Part shown: positions 1 to 10,167 of the stretch, in pieces
Layout of the letters: each line of letters begins with the position of its first letter
Numbering within the stretch: position 1 is the stretch's first letter
Assembly (NCBI GenBank): GCA_945883145.1
Contig: CAMCXB010000002.1
Coordinates: 41,825 to 105,824, forward strand
Length of the DNA: 64,000 nt
Direction of reading: 5' to 3'
Source: Bordetella parapertussis
GTDB lineage: Bacteria; Pseudomonadota; Gammaproteobacteria; Burkholderiales; Burkholderiaceae_D
The notes under the pieces: generated by a model
Databases searched by the model: none
What the model was told of the DNA's origin: nothing
What the model saw: the letters and a program-made list of their open reading frames with translations, nothing else
Made by a program: the position numbers and the translations under genes

Positions 1-281
1 ATTATCCTGGTGTAGGTCCTGAACATGCATGGTTGAAAGACTCACATCGTGCGCAGTATGTATCAGTGACCGACGATGAAGCAGTCAAAGCCTTTCATCA
101 TTGCTGTCAAATTGAAGGCATTATTCCTGCGCTTGAATCCGCGCATGCATTAGCCTATGCAGCAGAGTTTGCTTCTACCTTGCCTAAGGATAAAGTCATA
201 CTTGTGAATTTATCTGGCCGTGGCGATAAAGATATGCATACCGTTGCTGAATATGGCAAATTGCATCCTGCTGCAAAATAA
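1..281 (+). CDS. trpB: tryptophan synthase beta subunit, C-terminal fragment (5' end outside the window)
   Basis: The frame is open to the window edge and stops at TAA 279-281. The tail ...[20 protein letters not shown]...[10 protein letters not shown]... matches the conserved TrpB C-terminus, and trpA follows 9 nt later. Confidence 0.9.
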   Translation, partial: YPGVGPEHAWLKDSHRAQYVSVTDDEAVKAFHHCCQIEGIIPALESAHALAYAAEFASTLPKDKVILVNLSGRGDKDMHTVAEYGKLHPAAK

Positions 282-290
282 GGATGCATC

Positions 291-1097
291 ATGTCTAGAA
301 TTCAAAAAACCTTTGCTGATTTAACAGTGCAAAAGAAAAAAGCACTCATCACTTTTATTACTGCTGGTGATCCTTCGCCTGAACTGACAGTACCTTTGCT
401 GCATGCTTTAGTAGAAGGTGGTGCAGATATCTTAGAACTAGGCGTTCCTTTTTCTGATCCTATGGCAGAAGGTCCGGTGATTCAACGTGCTTGTGAACGT
501 GCGTTGAAGTTCGGTGTCAACATGCATGATGTCTTTGGCTATGTAAAAAGTTTTCGTGAAAAAAATAAACATACGCCTATCGTCTTAATGGGCTATGCCA
601 ATCCTATCGAACGTATGGGCATGCAAACATTTATCGATGCAGCGCATGCAGCCGGTGTAGATGGTGCCATTGTGGTCGATTACCCACCTGAAGAATGTGT
701 GGAATTTGCGCAAGCTTTACAAGCCAAAGACATGGATCCAATTTTTCTGTTGGCACCAACCTCAACTGAGGAGCGCATTCAACAAGTCGCAAAAGTAGGC
801 AGTGGTTTTTCTTACTATGTTTCTTTGCGTGGTGTGACTGGCGCAGGCAATATCGATACCGTTGAAGTGTCTGAGCGCATCGCTTCTATACGCAAGCATG
901 TGAAATTACCAATCGGTGTAGGTTTTGGTATCCGCGATGCCAGCACTGCAAAAGCAGTGGCTTCAGTGGCAGATGCGATCGTCATCGGCAGTCGCATCAT
1001 TCAGGAATTAGAAAACACACCTACTGATAAAGCGACGGAAGCGGTTCGGCTGTTTTTGACTGATATTCGAACAGCGATTGATGAGATTGCCGGTTAA
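291..1097 (+). CDS. trpA: tryptophan synthase alpha subunit
   Basis: 268-aa ORF with TrpA motifs ([28 protein letters not shown]). It sits directly after trpB. Confidence 0.93.
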   Translation: MSRIQKTFADLTVQKKKALITFITAGDPSPELTVPLLHALVEGGADILELGVPFSDPMAEGPVIQRACERALKFGVNMHDVFGYVKSFREKNKHTPIVLMGYANPIERMGMQTFIDAAHAAGVDGAIVVDYPPEECVEFAQALQAKDMDPIFLLAPTSTEERIQQVAKVGSGFSYYVSLRGVTGAGNIDTVEVSERIASIRKHVKLPIGVGFGIRDASTAKAVASVADAIVIGSRIIQELENTPTDKATEAVRLFLTDIRTAIDEIAG

Positions 1098-1220
1098 ACA
1101 AGATGTTAATAGAAGTTTTCAAATTAACATCAAAATTGCCGATTTGGATCACCACCCAGTGGAAGGTACAATGACGGCGTCGTGGCGCCAAAAGCGCCGC
1201 TCTCCTGAAAGTGAGCTTCC

Positions 1221-2093
1221 ATGAGTTGGTTAGAAAAACTACTACCGCCCCGCATTCAACGATCCGACGCATCTACACGTCGCTCCGTTCCGGAAGGCTT
1301 ATGGGTTAAATGTCCTTCTTGTGAGGCGGTTCTGTATCGTACCGATTTAGAATCGAATCAGCATGTTTGTCCTAAATGTGATCATCACATGCGCATTCGT
1401 GCACGTGATCGTTTAGATGCCTTACTCGATCAAGAAGGTCGTTATGAAATCGGTCAAGACACCTTGCCGGTCGACTCATTAAAATTCAAAGACAGTAAAA
1501 AATATCCTGAGCGCTTAAAAGCAGCGATGGATGCCACTGGTGAAACCGATGCCTTAATCGTATTAGGTGGCGCCATCATGACTCTGCCTGTGGTGGTGGC
1601 ATGTTTTGAGTTTGAATTCATGGGCGGTTCTATGGGTTCAGTAGTGGGTGAGCGTTTTGTGCGTGGAGTACAAACAGCATTAGAACAAAAAGTACCGTTC
1701 ATCTGTATCACTGCAACTGGTGGCGCACGTATGCAAGAAGGTTTGTTGTCGTTGATGCAGATGGCAAAGACCACTTCTATGCTCACTAAGCTCTCTGAGA
1801 AAAAATTACCTTTCATCTCTGTGTTGACTGATCCCACTATGGGTGGTGTTTCTGCATCCTTTGCTTTTATGGGTGATGTCGTGATGGCAGAACCAAAAGC
1901 ACTGATTGGTTTTGCAGGACCACGTGTGATTGAAAACACTGTGCGTGAAAAACTACCTGAAGGTTTTCAGCGTTCTGAATTTATTATTCAAAAAGGTGCG
2001 ATCGATATGATCGTCGACCGTCGTCAAATGCGTGAAGAAATTGCACGTATCTTGGCGATTTTGCAGAACCAGCCTCCAGAGGTATTAGCCTAA
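1221..2093 (+). CDS. accD: acetyl-CoA carboxylase carboxyltransferase beta subunit
   Basis: N-terminal Zn ribbon CPSC...CPKC followed by the carboxyltransferase core ([13 protein letters not shown]). The trpBA-accD-folC order is canonical. Confidence 0.95.
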   Translation: MSWLEKLLPPRIQRSDASTRRSVPEGLWVKCPSCEAVLYRTDLESNQHVCPKCDHHMRIRARDRLDALLDQEGRYEIGQDTLPVDSLKFKDSKKYPERLKAAMDATGETDALIVLGGAIMTLPVVVACFEFEFMGGSMGSVVGERFVRGVQTALEQKVPFICITATGGARMQEGLLSLMQMAKTTSMLTKLSEKKLPFISVLTDPTMGGVSASFAFMGDVVMAEPKALIGFAGPRVIENTVREKLPEGFQRSEFIIQKGAIDMIVDRRQMREEIARILAILQNQPPEVLA

Positions 2094-2129
2094 GACCACT
2101 GTCTGCCTAAGTTAGACAGTGGTGTCTGC

Positions 2130-3446
2130 ATGAACCCAATGACGACTTCCACACTTAGTCTAGACGCATGGTTACAGCGTCTTGAAACTGCCCATGCACT
2201 AGTCATAGAATTAGGACTTGAGCGTGTTGATGCAGTTGCACGTGCCATGGGTTTGCAGTTTGCTTGTCCTGTGATCACAGTGGGTGGCACCAATGGCAAA
2301 GGTTCTACCTGCGCTATGTTGGAATCCATGCTGATGCAAGGTGGATATCGTGTCGGTCTGTATACCTCTCCTCATCTCTTGCAATTTAATGAACGCGCAC
2401 GTATAAATGGCGAGATGGTGGATGATGAAAAATTTTGTGATGCCTTTGCTCGTGTTGAAGCAGTGCGCGCCAAACTTGCTATTTCTCTGACTTATTTTGA
2501 ATTCACTACGTTAGCAATACTGCAGTTATTCGTCGATGCGAAGTTGGATGCTGTGATTTTAGAAGTAGGTCTAGGTGGACGTTTAGATGCAGTCAATATC
2601 ATTGATGCTGATGTTGCGATCGTCACCAGTGTCGATTTAGATCACATGGATTATCTGGGTGATACACGTGAAAAAATAGGCTTTGAAAAAGCCGGCATAT
2701 TTCGTTCGGGTCGTACCGCAATTTGTAGTGATCCGGTAGCGCCTGCTTCTTTGATTGCACACGCACAAACAATCGGCGCTGATCTCTGGTTGTTTGGACG
2801 TGACTTTAATTATTCTGGTGATAAGCAACAATGGAATTATGGTGGACGCGATCAACGCAGAAACGCTTTAGCTTATCCTAGCTTGCGTGGTGCGAATCAG
2901 TTGTTAAACGCTAGTGCTGCTTTAGCTGCATTAGAAGTATTGCGACACAAACTGCCATTAGGTGCGCAAGAAGTGCGTACTGGTCTGGTGTTGGTGGATT
3001 TGCCGGGTCGCTTTCAAGTCTTGCCGGGTCGGCCTGCAGTCATATTAGATGTGGCACACAACCCGCATGCAGCTGCTACCTTGGCGCAAAATCTTGACAA
3101 CATGGGATTTCATCCCTACACCTACGCTATCTTTGGTGCCATGTCCGACAAAGATATTGCTGGAATCTTGTCACAGTTATCTGGTCGTATAGATCATTGG
3201 TGCTTAACCGACTTACCCCTTGCGCGTGCTGCAAGTGCGGAGAGTTTAAAAAAAGCAGTATTAGATGCGGGTTTTCAAGCAGCGGATGCGCCGGATGCGC
3301 AAACGAGTATTGAATGTTTTTCATCTCCTGCAGAAGCCCTGTTGAATGCGAGTAATCGGGCAGGGGAGAATGATAGAATTGTGGTCTTCGGATCATTTTG
3401 GACGGTAGCCGGAATTTTGGCCGCTAAAAAATCCGCATTACACTGA
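2130..3446 (+). CDS. folC: bifunctional folylpolyglutamate synthase / dihydrofolate synthase
   Basis: Mur-ligase type ATP site VGGTNGKGST, DVAHNPHAA motif, 438 aa, downstream of accD. Confidence 0.9.
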   Translation: MNPMTTSTLSLDAWLQRLETAHALVIELGLERVDAVARAMGLQFACPVITVGGTNGKGSTCAMLESMLMQGGYRVGLYTSPHLLQFNERARINGEMVDDEKFCDAFARVEAVRAKLAISLTYFEFTTLAILQLFVDAKLDAVILEVGLGGRLDAVNIIDADVAIVTSVDLDHMDYLGDTREKIGFEKAGIFRSGRTAICSDPVAPASLIAHAQTIGADLWLFGRDFNYSGDKQQWNYGGRDQRRNALAYPSLRGANQLLNASAALAALEVLRHKLPLGAQEVRTGLVLVDLPGRFQVLPGRPAVILDVAHNPHAAATLAQNLDNMGFHPYTYAIFGAMSDKDIAGILSQLSGRIDHWCLTDLPLARAASAESLKKAVLDAGFQAADAPDAQTSIECFSSPAEALLNASNRAGENDRIVVFGSFWTVAGILAAKKSALH

Positions 3447-3468
3447 TTCTGGACTTCACGACATCAAT

Positions 3469-4344
3469 ATGGGCTTGTTCTCTTTCCTAGATAAAAACAA
3501 GCAAGCGAATGACGAAGAGAATAATCCTCCCGTCAAAGCGCGCCGCACCCGCAGATCAGAATCTAGCGAAGCACAAGAGCCGCTAGATCCTGCACTTCCT
3601 GAGAAAAGACGTGCGCGCCGTCGCTTGATTGGTGCTACCGCTTTGGTACTGGCTGCCATTATTGGCTTGCCTATGATTTTTGATTCTGAACCTAAGCCCT
3701 TCTCGGATGAGATTGCGATTCAGATTCCCGCTCGCGATGCACCTGCCACTCGTCAAAGTGCGCCTAGCTTACCTCCTCTAGAATTAAGTCCTCCAACTAA
3801 TCGTGTTGTTGAAAAACCGAGTGCTCCAATTGCACCTGATGCACCTATAGCTACTTTGCCAGTACCTAAGATTGACACTCCTGCACCGGTTGTAAAAAAT
3901 AATATCTCAGAGCCTGTGCAAGCTGAAAAAGAAGTGAAAAAAGAAGTCGCGCCTAAGGAATCTTCTAAAGAAAATACAAAAGAGATTACGAAAGATAAGG
4001 CTAAAGAAAAATCTAAAGACAAGGCTAACGATAAATCGAATAACAAAGCCAGTAATAAAACTGATAGTGCGAAACAATCAGATAGTAAAAATACGAAGTC
4101 GAATCGCGATTTACCTATACGTTATGTCTTGCAAGTAGCTGCCGTTGAAAATAAAGCCAAGGCAGATGATATGCAAGAAAAATTAAAGAAGGCAGGGATT
4201 AAATCTTATACGCAAAAAATTCCTACTAGTGCAGGTGACCGTATACGCATACGCGTAGGTCCATTTGTGAATAAAGAAGAAGCAGAGAAGATGCGCGCGC
4301 GACTGCGCAAGCTTGGTCTTAACGGATCATTGCAGCCAGTCTAA
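3469..4344 (+). CDS. SPOR-domain cell-division protein (DedD-like)
   Basis: Basic N-terminus, one TM helix (LIGATALVLAAIIGLPMIF) and a Pro- then Lys/Ser/Asn-rich linker. The C-terminal SPOR-like module is YVLQVAAVENKAKADDMQEKLKKAG...IRIRVGPFVNKEEAEKMRARLRKLG. It occupies the position between folC and purF, as dedD does in E. coli. Confidence 0.75.
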   Translation: MGLFSFLDKNKQANDEENNPPVKARRTRRSESSEAQEPLDPALPEKRRARRRLIGATALVLAAIIGLPMIFDSEPKPFSDEIAIQIPARDAPATRQSAPSLPPLELSPPTNRVVEKPSAPIAPDAPIATLPVPKIDTPAPVVKNNISEPVQAEKEVKKEVAPKESSKENTKEITKDKAKEKSKDKANDKSNNKASNKTDSAKQSDSKNTKSNRDLPIRYVLQVAAVENKAKADDMQEKLKKAGIKSYTQKIPTSAGDRIRIRVGPFVNKEEAEKMRARLRKLGLNGSLQPV

Positions 4345-4393
4345 ACCAGCTCTGATGTGATAGAGCTTGAATTGTTATGTTGAGGAGTCCACC

Positions 4394-5911
4394 ATGTGTG
4401 GCATTGTAGGTGTTGTTTCTCACGGACCGGTCAATCAAATCATTTATGACGCTTTGCTGTTACTACAGCATCGTGGTCAAGATGCCGCAGGTATTGCAAC
4501 CAGCCATGGCAATACCTTTAGCATGCATAAAGCGAATGGTTTGGTACGCGATGTTTTTCGTACGCGGAATATGCGTTCTTTGCCGGGTAACTCAGGTATA
4601 GGTCAATGTCGTTATCCCACCGCCGGATCTTCGAGTGAAGAAGAAGCGCAGCCTTTTTATGTGAATGCTCCTTTTGGAATCACCTTAGCGCATAACGGTA
4701 ATTTGACCAATGCAGATCAACTTAAAATAGAAATGTTTAAGAATGATCGCCGTCATATCAACACCGATTCCGATTCTGAAGTGTTACTCAATGTCTTAGC
4801 GCATGAGATACAACAATCCACTAGTAGCTTCTCGCTTGATCCGCACACTATCTTTAATGCAGTCACTGCATTGCATAAGCGAGTCAGAGGTTCCTACGCA
4901 GTTGTTGCACAAGTAGCTGGTTATGGTTTGCTCGCGTTTCGTGATCCTTATGGCATACGTCCTTTGTGCATAGGTTTTAATGACACCGAAAAAGGACCTG
5001 AATATTTAATCGCTAGTGAATCAGTCGCATTAGAAGGATTAGGTTTTCATTTCTTGCGCGATGTCTTGCCGGGTGAAGCAATATTCATTGATAACGATGG
5101 CAAGCTATATAACCAACAATGTGCTGAATCGCCGACCTTAAATCCTTGTGCGTTTGAATTTGTTTATCTGGCACGTCCTGATTCTGTGATTGATGGCGCA
5201 TCAGTATATGCAGCGCGATTAAAAATGGGTGAATATCTGGCGCATAAAATTCGTCGTGAATTTGCTGCCGGTGATATTGATGTGGTGATGCCTATTCCTG
5301 ATTCTTCGCGTCCATCTGCGATGGAATTAGCGATGACACTTAATTTAGATTATCGCGAAGGCTTTATTAAGAACCGCTACATAGGTCGTACCTTCTTAAT
5401 GCCAGGGCAGGCTATACGCAGAAAATCTGTACGTCAAAAACTCAATGCGATTAGTGCGGAATTCAAAGGTAAGAGTGTATTGCTCGTAGATGATTCCATC
5501 GTACGTGGTACGACTAGCCGTGAGATCGTACAGATGGCACGTGACTCAGGTGCTCGTCGTGTGATTTTTGCTTCTGCTGCACCACCGGTGAAATATCCTA
5601 ATGTGTATGGCATAGACATGCCTACCCGCGATGAGCTAATTGCTTACAACCGCACTAACGAAGAAGTCTGCCGTGAAATCACAGCCGATGCGCTGGTGTA
5701 TCAAGACATAGAAGATATGAAGCGTTCGATTTCTGATATCAATCCTATGTTGAAAAAATTCGAAGCTTCTTGTTTTGATGGTGAATACATCACAGGCGAT
5801 ATCTCACGTGATTATTTAGATAGAATCGAATTTGCCCGTGCCAATCCAAAAGTTGTGATGGAAGATGCGGTACGTACGCAACTCAATCTCAATTTAGCGC
5901 AGATAGAATAG
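4394..5911 (+). CDS. purF: amidophosphoribosyltransferase
   Basis: Start set at ATG 4394 so the protein begins MCGIVG (N-terminal Cys nucleophile), with a GAGGAG RBS just upstream. PRTase motif VLLVDDSIVRGTT is present. The 9 extra codons of the track ORF are rejected. Confidence 0.95.
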   Translation: MCGIVGVVSHGPVNQIIYDALLLLQHRGQDAAGIATSHGNTFSMHKANGLVRDVFRTRNMRSLPGNSGIGQCRYPTAGSSSEEEAQPFYVNAPFGITLAHNGNLTNADQLKIEMFKNDRRHINTDSDSEVLLNVLAHEIQQSTSSFSLDPHTIFNAVTALHKRVRGSYAVVAQVAGYGLLAFRDPYGIRPLCIGFNDTEKGPEYLIASESVALEGLGFHFLRDVLPGEAIFIDNDGKLYNQQCAESPTLNPCAFEFVYLARPDSVIDGASVYAARLKMGEYLAHKIRREFAAGDIDVVMPIPDSSRPSAMELAMTLNLDYREGFIKNRYIGRTFLMPGQAIRRKSVRQKLNAISAEFKGKSVLLVDDSIVRGTTSREIVQMARDSGARRVIFASAAPPVKYPNVYGIDMPTRDELIAYNRTNEEVCREITADALVYQDIEDMKRSISDINPMLKKFEASCFDGEYITGDISRDYLDRIEFARANPKVVMEDAVRTQLNLNLAQIE

Positions 5912-5934
5912 CTATAGTTTTACATTGCATTGCC

Positions 5935-7194
5935 ATGACAACTAAAAAAACATTCGGTTTTACCTCAACGATTTTGCATAGCGATAGGCAAAAGACGATT
6001 GAGCATGGCTCATTGCATAAGCCTGTCCATCATTCAGTTGCATTTGGTTATAGCGATGCACGCGATTTAGCGGCTGTATTTCAAGGTAAAAAATCAGGCT
6101 ATCGCTATGGACGTCAAGGCAATCCTACCGTCACTGCTTTAGAAGAAAAAGTCACACGCATGGAAGATGGTTATTCTACGTTGTGTTTTGCGACAGGTAT
6201 GGCTGCAATAGGCGCCTTAGTGCAAGGCTTGCTGCGTAGTGGTGATCATGTTATTTCGTCTTCTTTTTTATTTGGGAATACGAATAGCTTGTGGCAGACC
6301 GTAGAAGTGCAGGGAATGCCAGTGTCGTTTGTTGATGCGACCGATGTGGCAAATGTGGAGCGTGCCATCACACCAGCAACACGCATGGTGTTTGTAGAAA
6401 CGATAGCCAATCCTCGTACTCAAATAGTTGATCTAGAGCGTATAGGTCAGCTATGCGCCAAGCATGGCATTTTGTATGTGGTGGATAACACCATGACCTC
6501 GCCGTATTTATTTCGTCCTAAAGCAGTGGGTGCGAGCTTCGTCATTAATGCATTAACTAAATACATAGGTGGACACGGTAATGCTTTAGGTGGCAGTCTG
6601 ACAGACACAGGTTTGTTTGATTGGAATCGCTATTCGAATATTGCCGAAACTTATAAACGCTTTGAAACTAAACAGTGGGGCATGGCGCAATTGCGTGCGA
6701 AAGCCTTACGTGATTTTGGTGCTTCACTAGGTCCTGAAGCAGCGCATCATTTAGCAGTGGGTACTGAAACCATAGCGTTACGAGTTGAAAGACAATCAGC
6801 TAGTGCACTTGCCTTAACAAGCATGTTGGCTAAAGATGCACGTGTCGCTGCTGTGTATTACCCTGGTTTGACGCAACATCCTCAACACGCATTAGCGAGT
6901 CAATTATTTAAAGCCTATGGTGGCTTGTTTAGTTTCGAACTAAAAGCGGGTTTGGATTGTTTTGATTACATCAATCATCTACAGCTTGCTATTCCTTCTA
7001 GCAATCTAGGTGATACACGAACACTCATCATTCCAGTGGCACACACGATTTATCATGAAATGGGTGCAGAGCGTCGCGCTAGTATGGGTATTGCGGAATC
7101 CTTGATTCGAGTCTCAACCGGTATTGAAGAGACTGAAGATTTATTACAAGATTTTGCACAAGCCTTAGATGCTGTGAGTCCACCAAAAAAATAA
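5935..7194 (+). CDS. metZ: Cys/Met-metabolism PLP enzyme, O-succinyl/O-acetyl-homoserine sulfhydrylase-like
   Basis: 419-aa ORF with the family layout (YGRQGNPT, FATGMAA, PLP-lysine region NALTKYIGGHGN). The position directly after purF matches purF-metZ synteny in beta/gamma-proteobacteria. Exact substrate specificity is not determinable from sequence alone. Confidence 0.7.
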   Translation: MTTKKTFGFTSTILHSDRQKTIEHGSLHKPVHHSVAFGYSDARDLAAVFQGKKSGYRYGRQGNPTVTALEEKVTRMEDGYSTLCFATGMAAIGALVQGLLRSGDHVISSSFLFGNTNSLWQTVEVQGMPVSFVDATDVANVERAITPATRMVFVETIANPRTQIVDLERIGQLCAKHGILYVVDNTMTSPYLFRPKAVGASFVINALTKYIGGHGNALGGSLTDTGLFDWNRYSNIAETYKRFETKQWGMAQLRAKALRDFGASLGPEAAHHLAVGTETIALRVERQSASALALTSMLAKDARVAAVYYPGLTQHPQHALASQLFKAYGGLFSFELKAGLDCFDYINHLQLAIPSSNLGDTRTLIIPVAHTIYHEMGAERRASMGIAESLIRVSTGIEETEDLLQDFAQALDAVSPPKK

Positions 7195-7199
7195 ATTAT

Positions 7200-7811
7200 C
7201 TAAGGTCCTAGTGTGCGCGCAGCTTGTCGGCTTAGCCAACTCACACCGGCTTTCATTTCAAACTGTTGTAGCTTAGTAATGAGCTGATTTGCATCCTTAT
7301 CCACTAAAAGTAGCTCAGCATGTTCAGCGCGTAAAAATCCTTGTTGTACTTGATGTTGCAGAAAATCGATTAAGCCATTAAAAAAATCGGCTGTGTTGAA
7401 TAAGCCTATAGGTTTTTCATGAAAGCCTAACTGAGCCCAAGTTAAGACTTCAAATAATTCTTCCAAAGTCCCGATGCCACCGGGCATAGCAATAAAGCCA
7501 TCCGATAGTTCAGCCATCTTAGCTTTGCGCGCATGCATATCATCGACAACAATGAGTTCTGTCAGGTGATGATGTCCCACTTCCGTTTCCATTAATGCCT
7601 TAGGAATCACACCGGTAACATGTCCTCCTAATGCGAGTACAGCATCTGCGATTTTCCCCATTAAGCCAACCTGACCGCCACCGTATATCAAAGCGATCTG
7701 ATTGTTTACTAGGCACTGCGCAAGTTGACTCGCTGCTTGCGAATAGATGGGATCATGCCCAGTCGAAGCACCACAATAAACACATAGACTTTGTATGGAT
7801 TTTTTAGACAT
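7200..7811 (-). CDS. LOG-family (TIGR00730) nucleotide 5'-monophosphate nucleosidase
   Basis: 203-aa ORF with the LOG signatures GGGQVGLMG and PGGIGTLEE. Confidence 0.85.
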   Translation of the reverse strand: MSKKSIQSLCVYCGASTGHDPIYSQAASQLAQCLVNNQIALIYGGGQVGLMGKIADAVLALGGHVTGVIPKALMETEVGHHHLTELIVVDDMHARKAKMAELSDGFIAMPGGIGTLEELFEVLTWAQLGFHEKPIGLFNTADFFNGLIDFLQHQVQQGFLRAEHAELLLVDKDANQLITKLQQFEMKAGVSWLSRQAARTLGP

Positions 7812-8004
7812 GAAGCTAGCTCATTTCGCTCATTTTTTTAATTAATAAAAAATATCATACTGGAATAAGGTTCATTGCAACTTATTGCCTATTTATTGTT
7901 GACAGTAAGGAGTTAATGCGTCCTTACTAAATAGACAAGAAGCTCAATGCGAGTCTCTCGCTTATAATTAATACTTGTCAACCGATCAGCCTAAAAAGTA
8001 ACCA

Positions 8005-8610
8005 ATGAGTAAAGAGCCTAAATTGTCATTTAAGCAGCAACAATTAATTGTGCGTGAAAACGCGATTATTGATGCAACCAATGCCTTGCTTGCTCAAAAA
8101 GGTTATGACCTCATGACGATGGATGAGGTGGCAGCAGAAGTTGGGATTGCTAAAGCCAGTTTATATAAACACTTTCCCTCAAAAGAAGCGCTCGCAGCAG
8201 CAGCTATGGTTAGGTTGTTAGAAAACACCATATCGTTTGTGCGTGATCTGGATACACAGCTATCCGCAATAGAACAATTAAAAAGCGTATTGAAGTGGGC
8301 GTTAGATATTCGCATCAAAGGCGGATTGCCCACTCTCCCAAATGAAAACACTAGTTTGCGTGACGCCTTATTGAATAACAATCGTTATCTAAATCGCTTA
8401 CTAGATTTAAATGAACACATGGCGGGTTTGATAGAAAAAGCCAGAACAGAAGGGGTGATTCGTCAGGATCTGCCGGTGGATGTAGTGTTGTTTACAATCT
8501 ATGCACGTTCATGTGATCCCACTTTAGACTATCTGAGATCATCAGGACAATACACAGATGAACAAGTTATCGATTTTCTGATATCAACTTGTTTTCGCGG
8601 GCTGCAGTAA
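8005..8610 (+). CDS. TetR/AcrR-family transcriptional regulator
   Basis: N-terminal HTH MTMDEVAAEVGIAKASLYKHFPSKEAL, 201 aa, divergent from the LOG gene. Confidence 0.85.
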   Translation: MSKEPKLSFKQQQLIVRENAIIDATNALLAQKGYDLMTMDEVAAEVGIAKASLYKHFPSKEALAAAAMVRLLENTISFVRDLDTQLSAIEQLKSVLKWALDIRIKGGLPTLPNENTSLRDALLNNNRYLNRLLDLNEHMAGLIEKARTEGVIRQDLPVDVVLFTIYARSCDPTLDYLRSSGQYTDEQVIDFLISTCFRGLQ

Positions 8611-9514
8611 TTTCTTGCATCACAATGTTTACTGATTGTTTAGTAAATGCTAATGCAATATGCCCGACTAAATCAATTTCTATATTGCGTGCATGCGGTA
8701 AATAAGACGAATGTTGCGGTGATACGATGTTGTCATGCCGTGAATAAATCGACACAATCTTTGAACATGTAGCGGGTGCTGAAGATACATTCAGTGTATT
8801 GATCCAGCTACTAGCTTCCTGATTGTCATTCCAACGCATTTGATAAGCATTCATACCCCATGCTGCTGCCGCTAACTTACTGCCATGATGCGGTGTGCCT
8901 AGCGTAATTAAGCGCGCAATTTTCTCTTCACCATAGCGTCGCATATAAGCACGTGCAGATAGTCCTCCCATGCTGTGCCCCACAATAACGACTTGTGACT
9001 GACCTGTATGTTGGCACAGTGTTGTGATGGCATTGTGAATGAGAACTGCATAGTCATCAATGCCTGCTAACACCGGTTCGCAATCTATCGCGCTATGGGT
9101 AATTTTTTGTTTTTGCAGTACACGACTGACATTACTCCAATAACCACTGTTACAACCATAACCATGAATGAGTAATACAGGTAAGCCAACATGCTGCGTG
9201 CTAGAGCGAAAACTAAAACCTGCAAATGGAAACGACCAATACCAACATACGCTACTCCAGTAAAATTCTTGCAGTATAAGTTGTAGTAATTGCCAGCGAT
9301 GATATTTTTTACCTTCAGCCCGTGTTACATCGAACACAGCAGCAGTAAAAAAATTATTGATAATGATATAAGTGCGAGGCAGTGATGTTAAGACAGTGCT
9401 GATCACAATCGCTAACAATGTTTCAGTCAATTCCATTGATACTATCCACACAGACAATAGCGCAATACTGACTAACTGCACAAACAGCATAAATTGTGTG
9501 AAGCTGGCAATCAT
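8567..9514 (-). CDS. membrane-anchored alpha/beta-hydrolase (lipase/esterase-like)
   Basis: Hydrophobic N-terminal helices followed by an alpha/beta-hydrolase core: LLIHGYGCNSGYW (oxyanion region), nucleophile elbow GHSMGG, and C-terminal D/H residues (SRHDNIV, VGHIAL). Its start overlaps the RDD gene stop by 4 nt. Confidence 0.7.
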   Translation of the reverse strand: MIASFTQFMLFVQLVSIALLSVWIVSMELTETLLAIVISTVLTSLPRTYIIINNFFTAAVFDVTRAEGKKYHRWQLLQLILQEFYWSSVCWYWSFPFAGFSFRSSTQHVGLPVLLIHGYGCNSGYWSNVSRVLQKQKITHSAIDCEPVLAGIDDYAVLIHNAITTLCQHTGQSQVVIVGHSMGGLSARAYMRRYGEEKIARLITLGTPHHGSKLAAAAWGMNAYQMRWNDNQEASSWINTLNVSSAPATCSKIVSIYSRHDNIVSPQHSSYLPHARNIEIDLVGHIALAFTKQSVNIVMQEITAARENKLISENR

Positions 9515-10167
9515 GCTGTTGGTTCAGTCGGTGGAGTGGATGTTGGTTTGATTATTTTCTCTAGCTGATTTAAGCGCGTTTTAGCCCATCTATCATGCAG
9601 GTATTGCCTATCAGGGTGGAGAAAAATAGCTGCAGCCCACAAGATGAAATTCGCAGTCGGCAAAATCACCAACATCCAGCCCTGTGCATGAAATAAAGAA
9701 GCGATTGCTAATCCTGGCACAAACCACAACCACATCAATACATAACGCAGCAATGCACGTTGCCAATTGAGTGCTTCACCATTTACTGTGGTGAGTTGTA
9801 TGCGCCATGTTTTCATTGCCAGCGTTTGCCCGCCATGGGTCCAAAACCAGATGAAGTAAACGCCCAACACGGTAAATAACCAGATGATTAAAGGCGTACG
9901 CATGTACAGCGCATGACGTTGTTGGATGAGGGTAGAAAATAACCAAGTAGCGATGAATAACAGGCCGAATAACAACATTGCTTCATACACCATACAAAGC
10001 AATCGCACACGTAGTGAGGGCGCGTTGCGTGATGAAGATTTGGTGGCTGGTGGTGAAGTGAGAGTAGTGTTCAAGATGACGCTATCAATGAAATGAAATG
10101 GAATGGGATGCAATAAACAGTCATTGTAAAGCGAGTCAGCCTGAATGAATGATCGGCCAGTTTGCAA
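9511..10167 (-). CDS. RDD-family integral membrane protein
   Basis: Polytopic ORF with an RDD-type layout: Arg-rich entry (SLRVRLLCMVYEAMLLFGLLF) and a C-terminal LHDRWAKTRL motif. It is translationally coupled to the downstream hydrolase. The start codon is uncertain. Confidence 0.55.
   Translation of the reverse strand: MQTGRSFIQADSLYNDCLLHPIPFHFIDSVILNTTLTSPPATKSSSRNAPSLRVRLLCMVYEAMLLFGLLFIATWLFSTLIQQRHALYMRTPLIIWLFTVLGVYFIWFWTHGGQTLAMKTWRIQLTTVNGEALNWQRALLRYVLMWLWFVPGLAIASLFHAQGWMLVILPTANFILWAAAIFLHPDRQYLHDRWAKTRLNQLEKIIKPTSTPPTEPTA

Noticed and set aside
1454-1939. Long antisense ORFs inside well-supported genes, for example 1454-1939(-) in accD, 32015-32461(-) in nuoH, 63432-63809(-) in degP, 24019-24333(-) in tpiA and 40677-40934(-) opposite the RTX repeats
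   Set aside because: These are shadow ORFs opposite strongly conserved coding frames. They have odd, low-complexity translations and no RBS. The one at 40677-40934 simply mirrors the GGxGxD repeat DNA.
4367-4393. N-terminal extensions offered by the ORF track for purF (4367), ilvI (10552), ilvH (12329), tpiA (23519), nuoA (24908), nuoH (31890), nuoK (34143), plsX (54557) and rne (46383)
   Set aside because: In each case an internal start gives the conserved family N-terminus (for example MCGIVG for purF and MKRMLFNATQ for rne) and has a better-placed Shine-Dalgarno sequence. The extensions would overlap upstream genes, the tRNA or terminators.
7812-8004. Candidate TetR operator palindrome GCGAG-TCT-CTCGC (7949-7961) next to a TATAAT hexamer (7963-7968) in the LOG/TetR divergent region
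   Set aside because: The half-sites are only 5 bp, there is no convincing -35 element and there is no second copy. Support is too weak to report as a feature.
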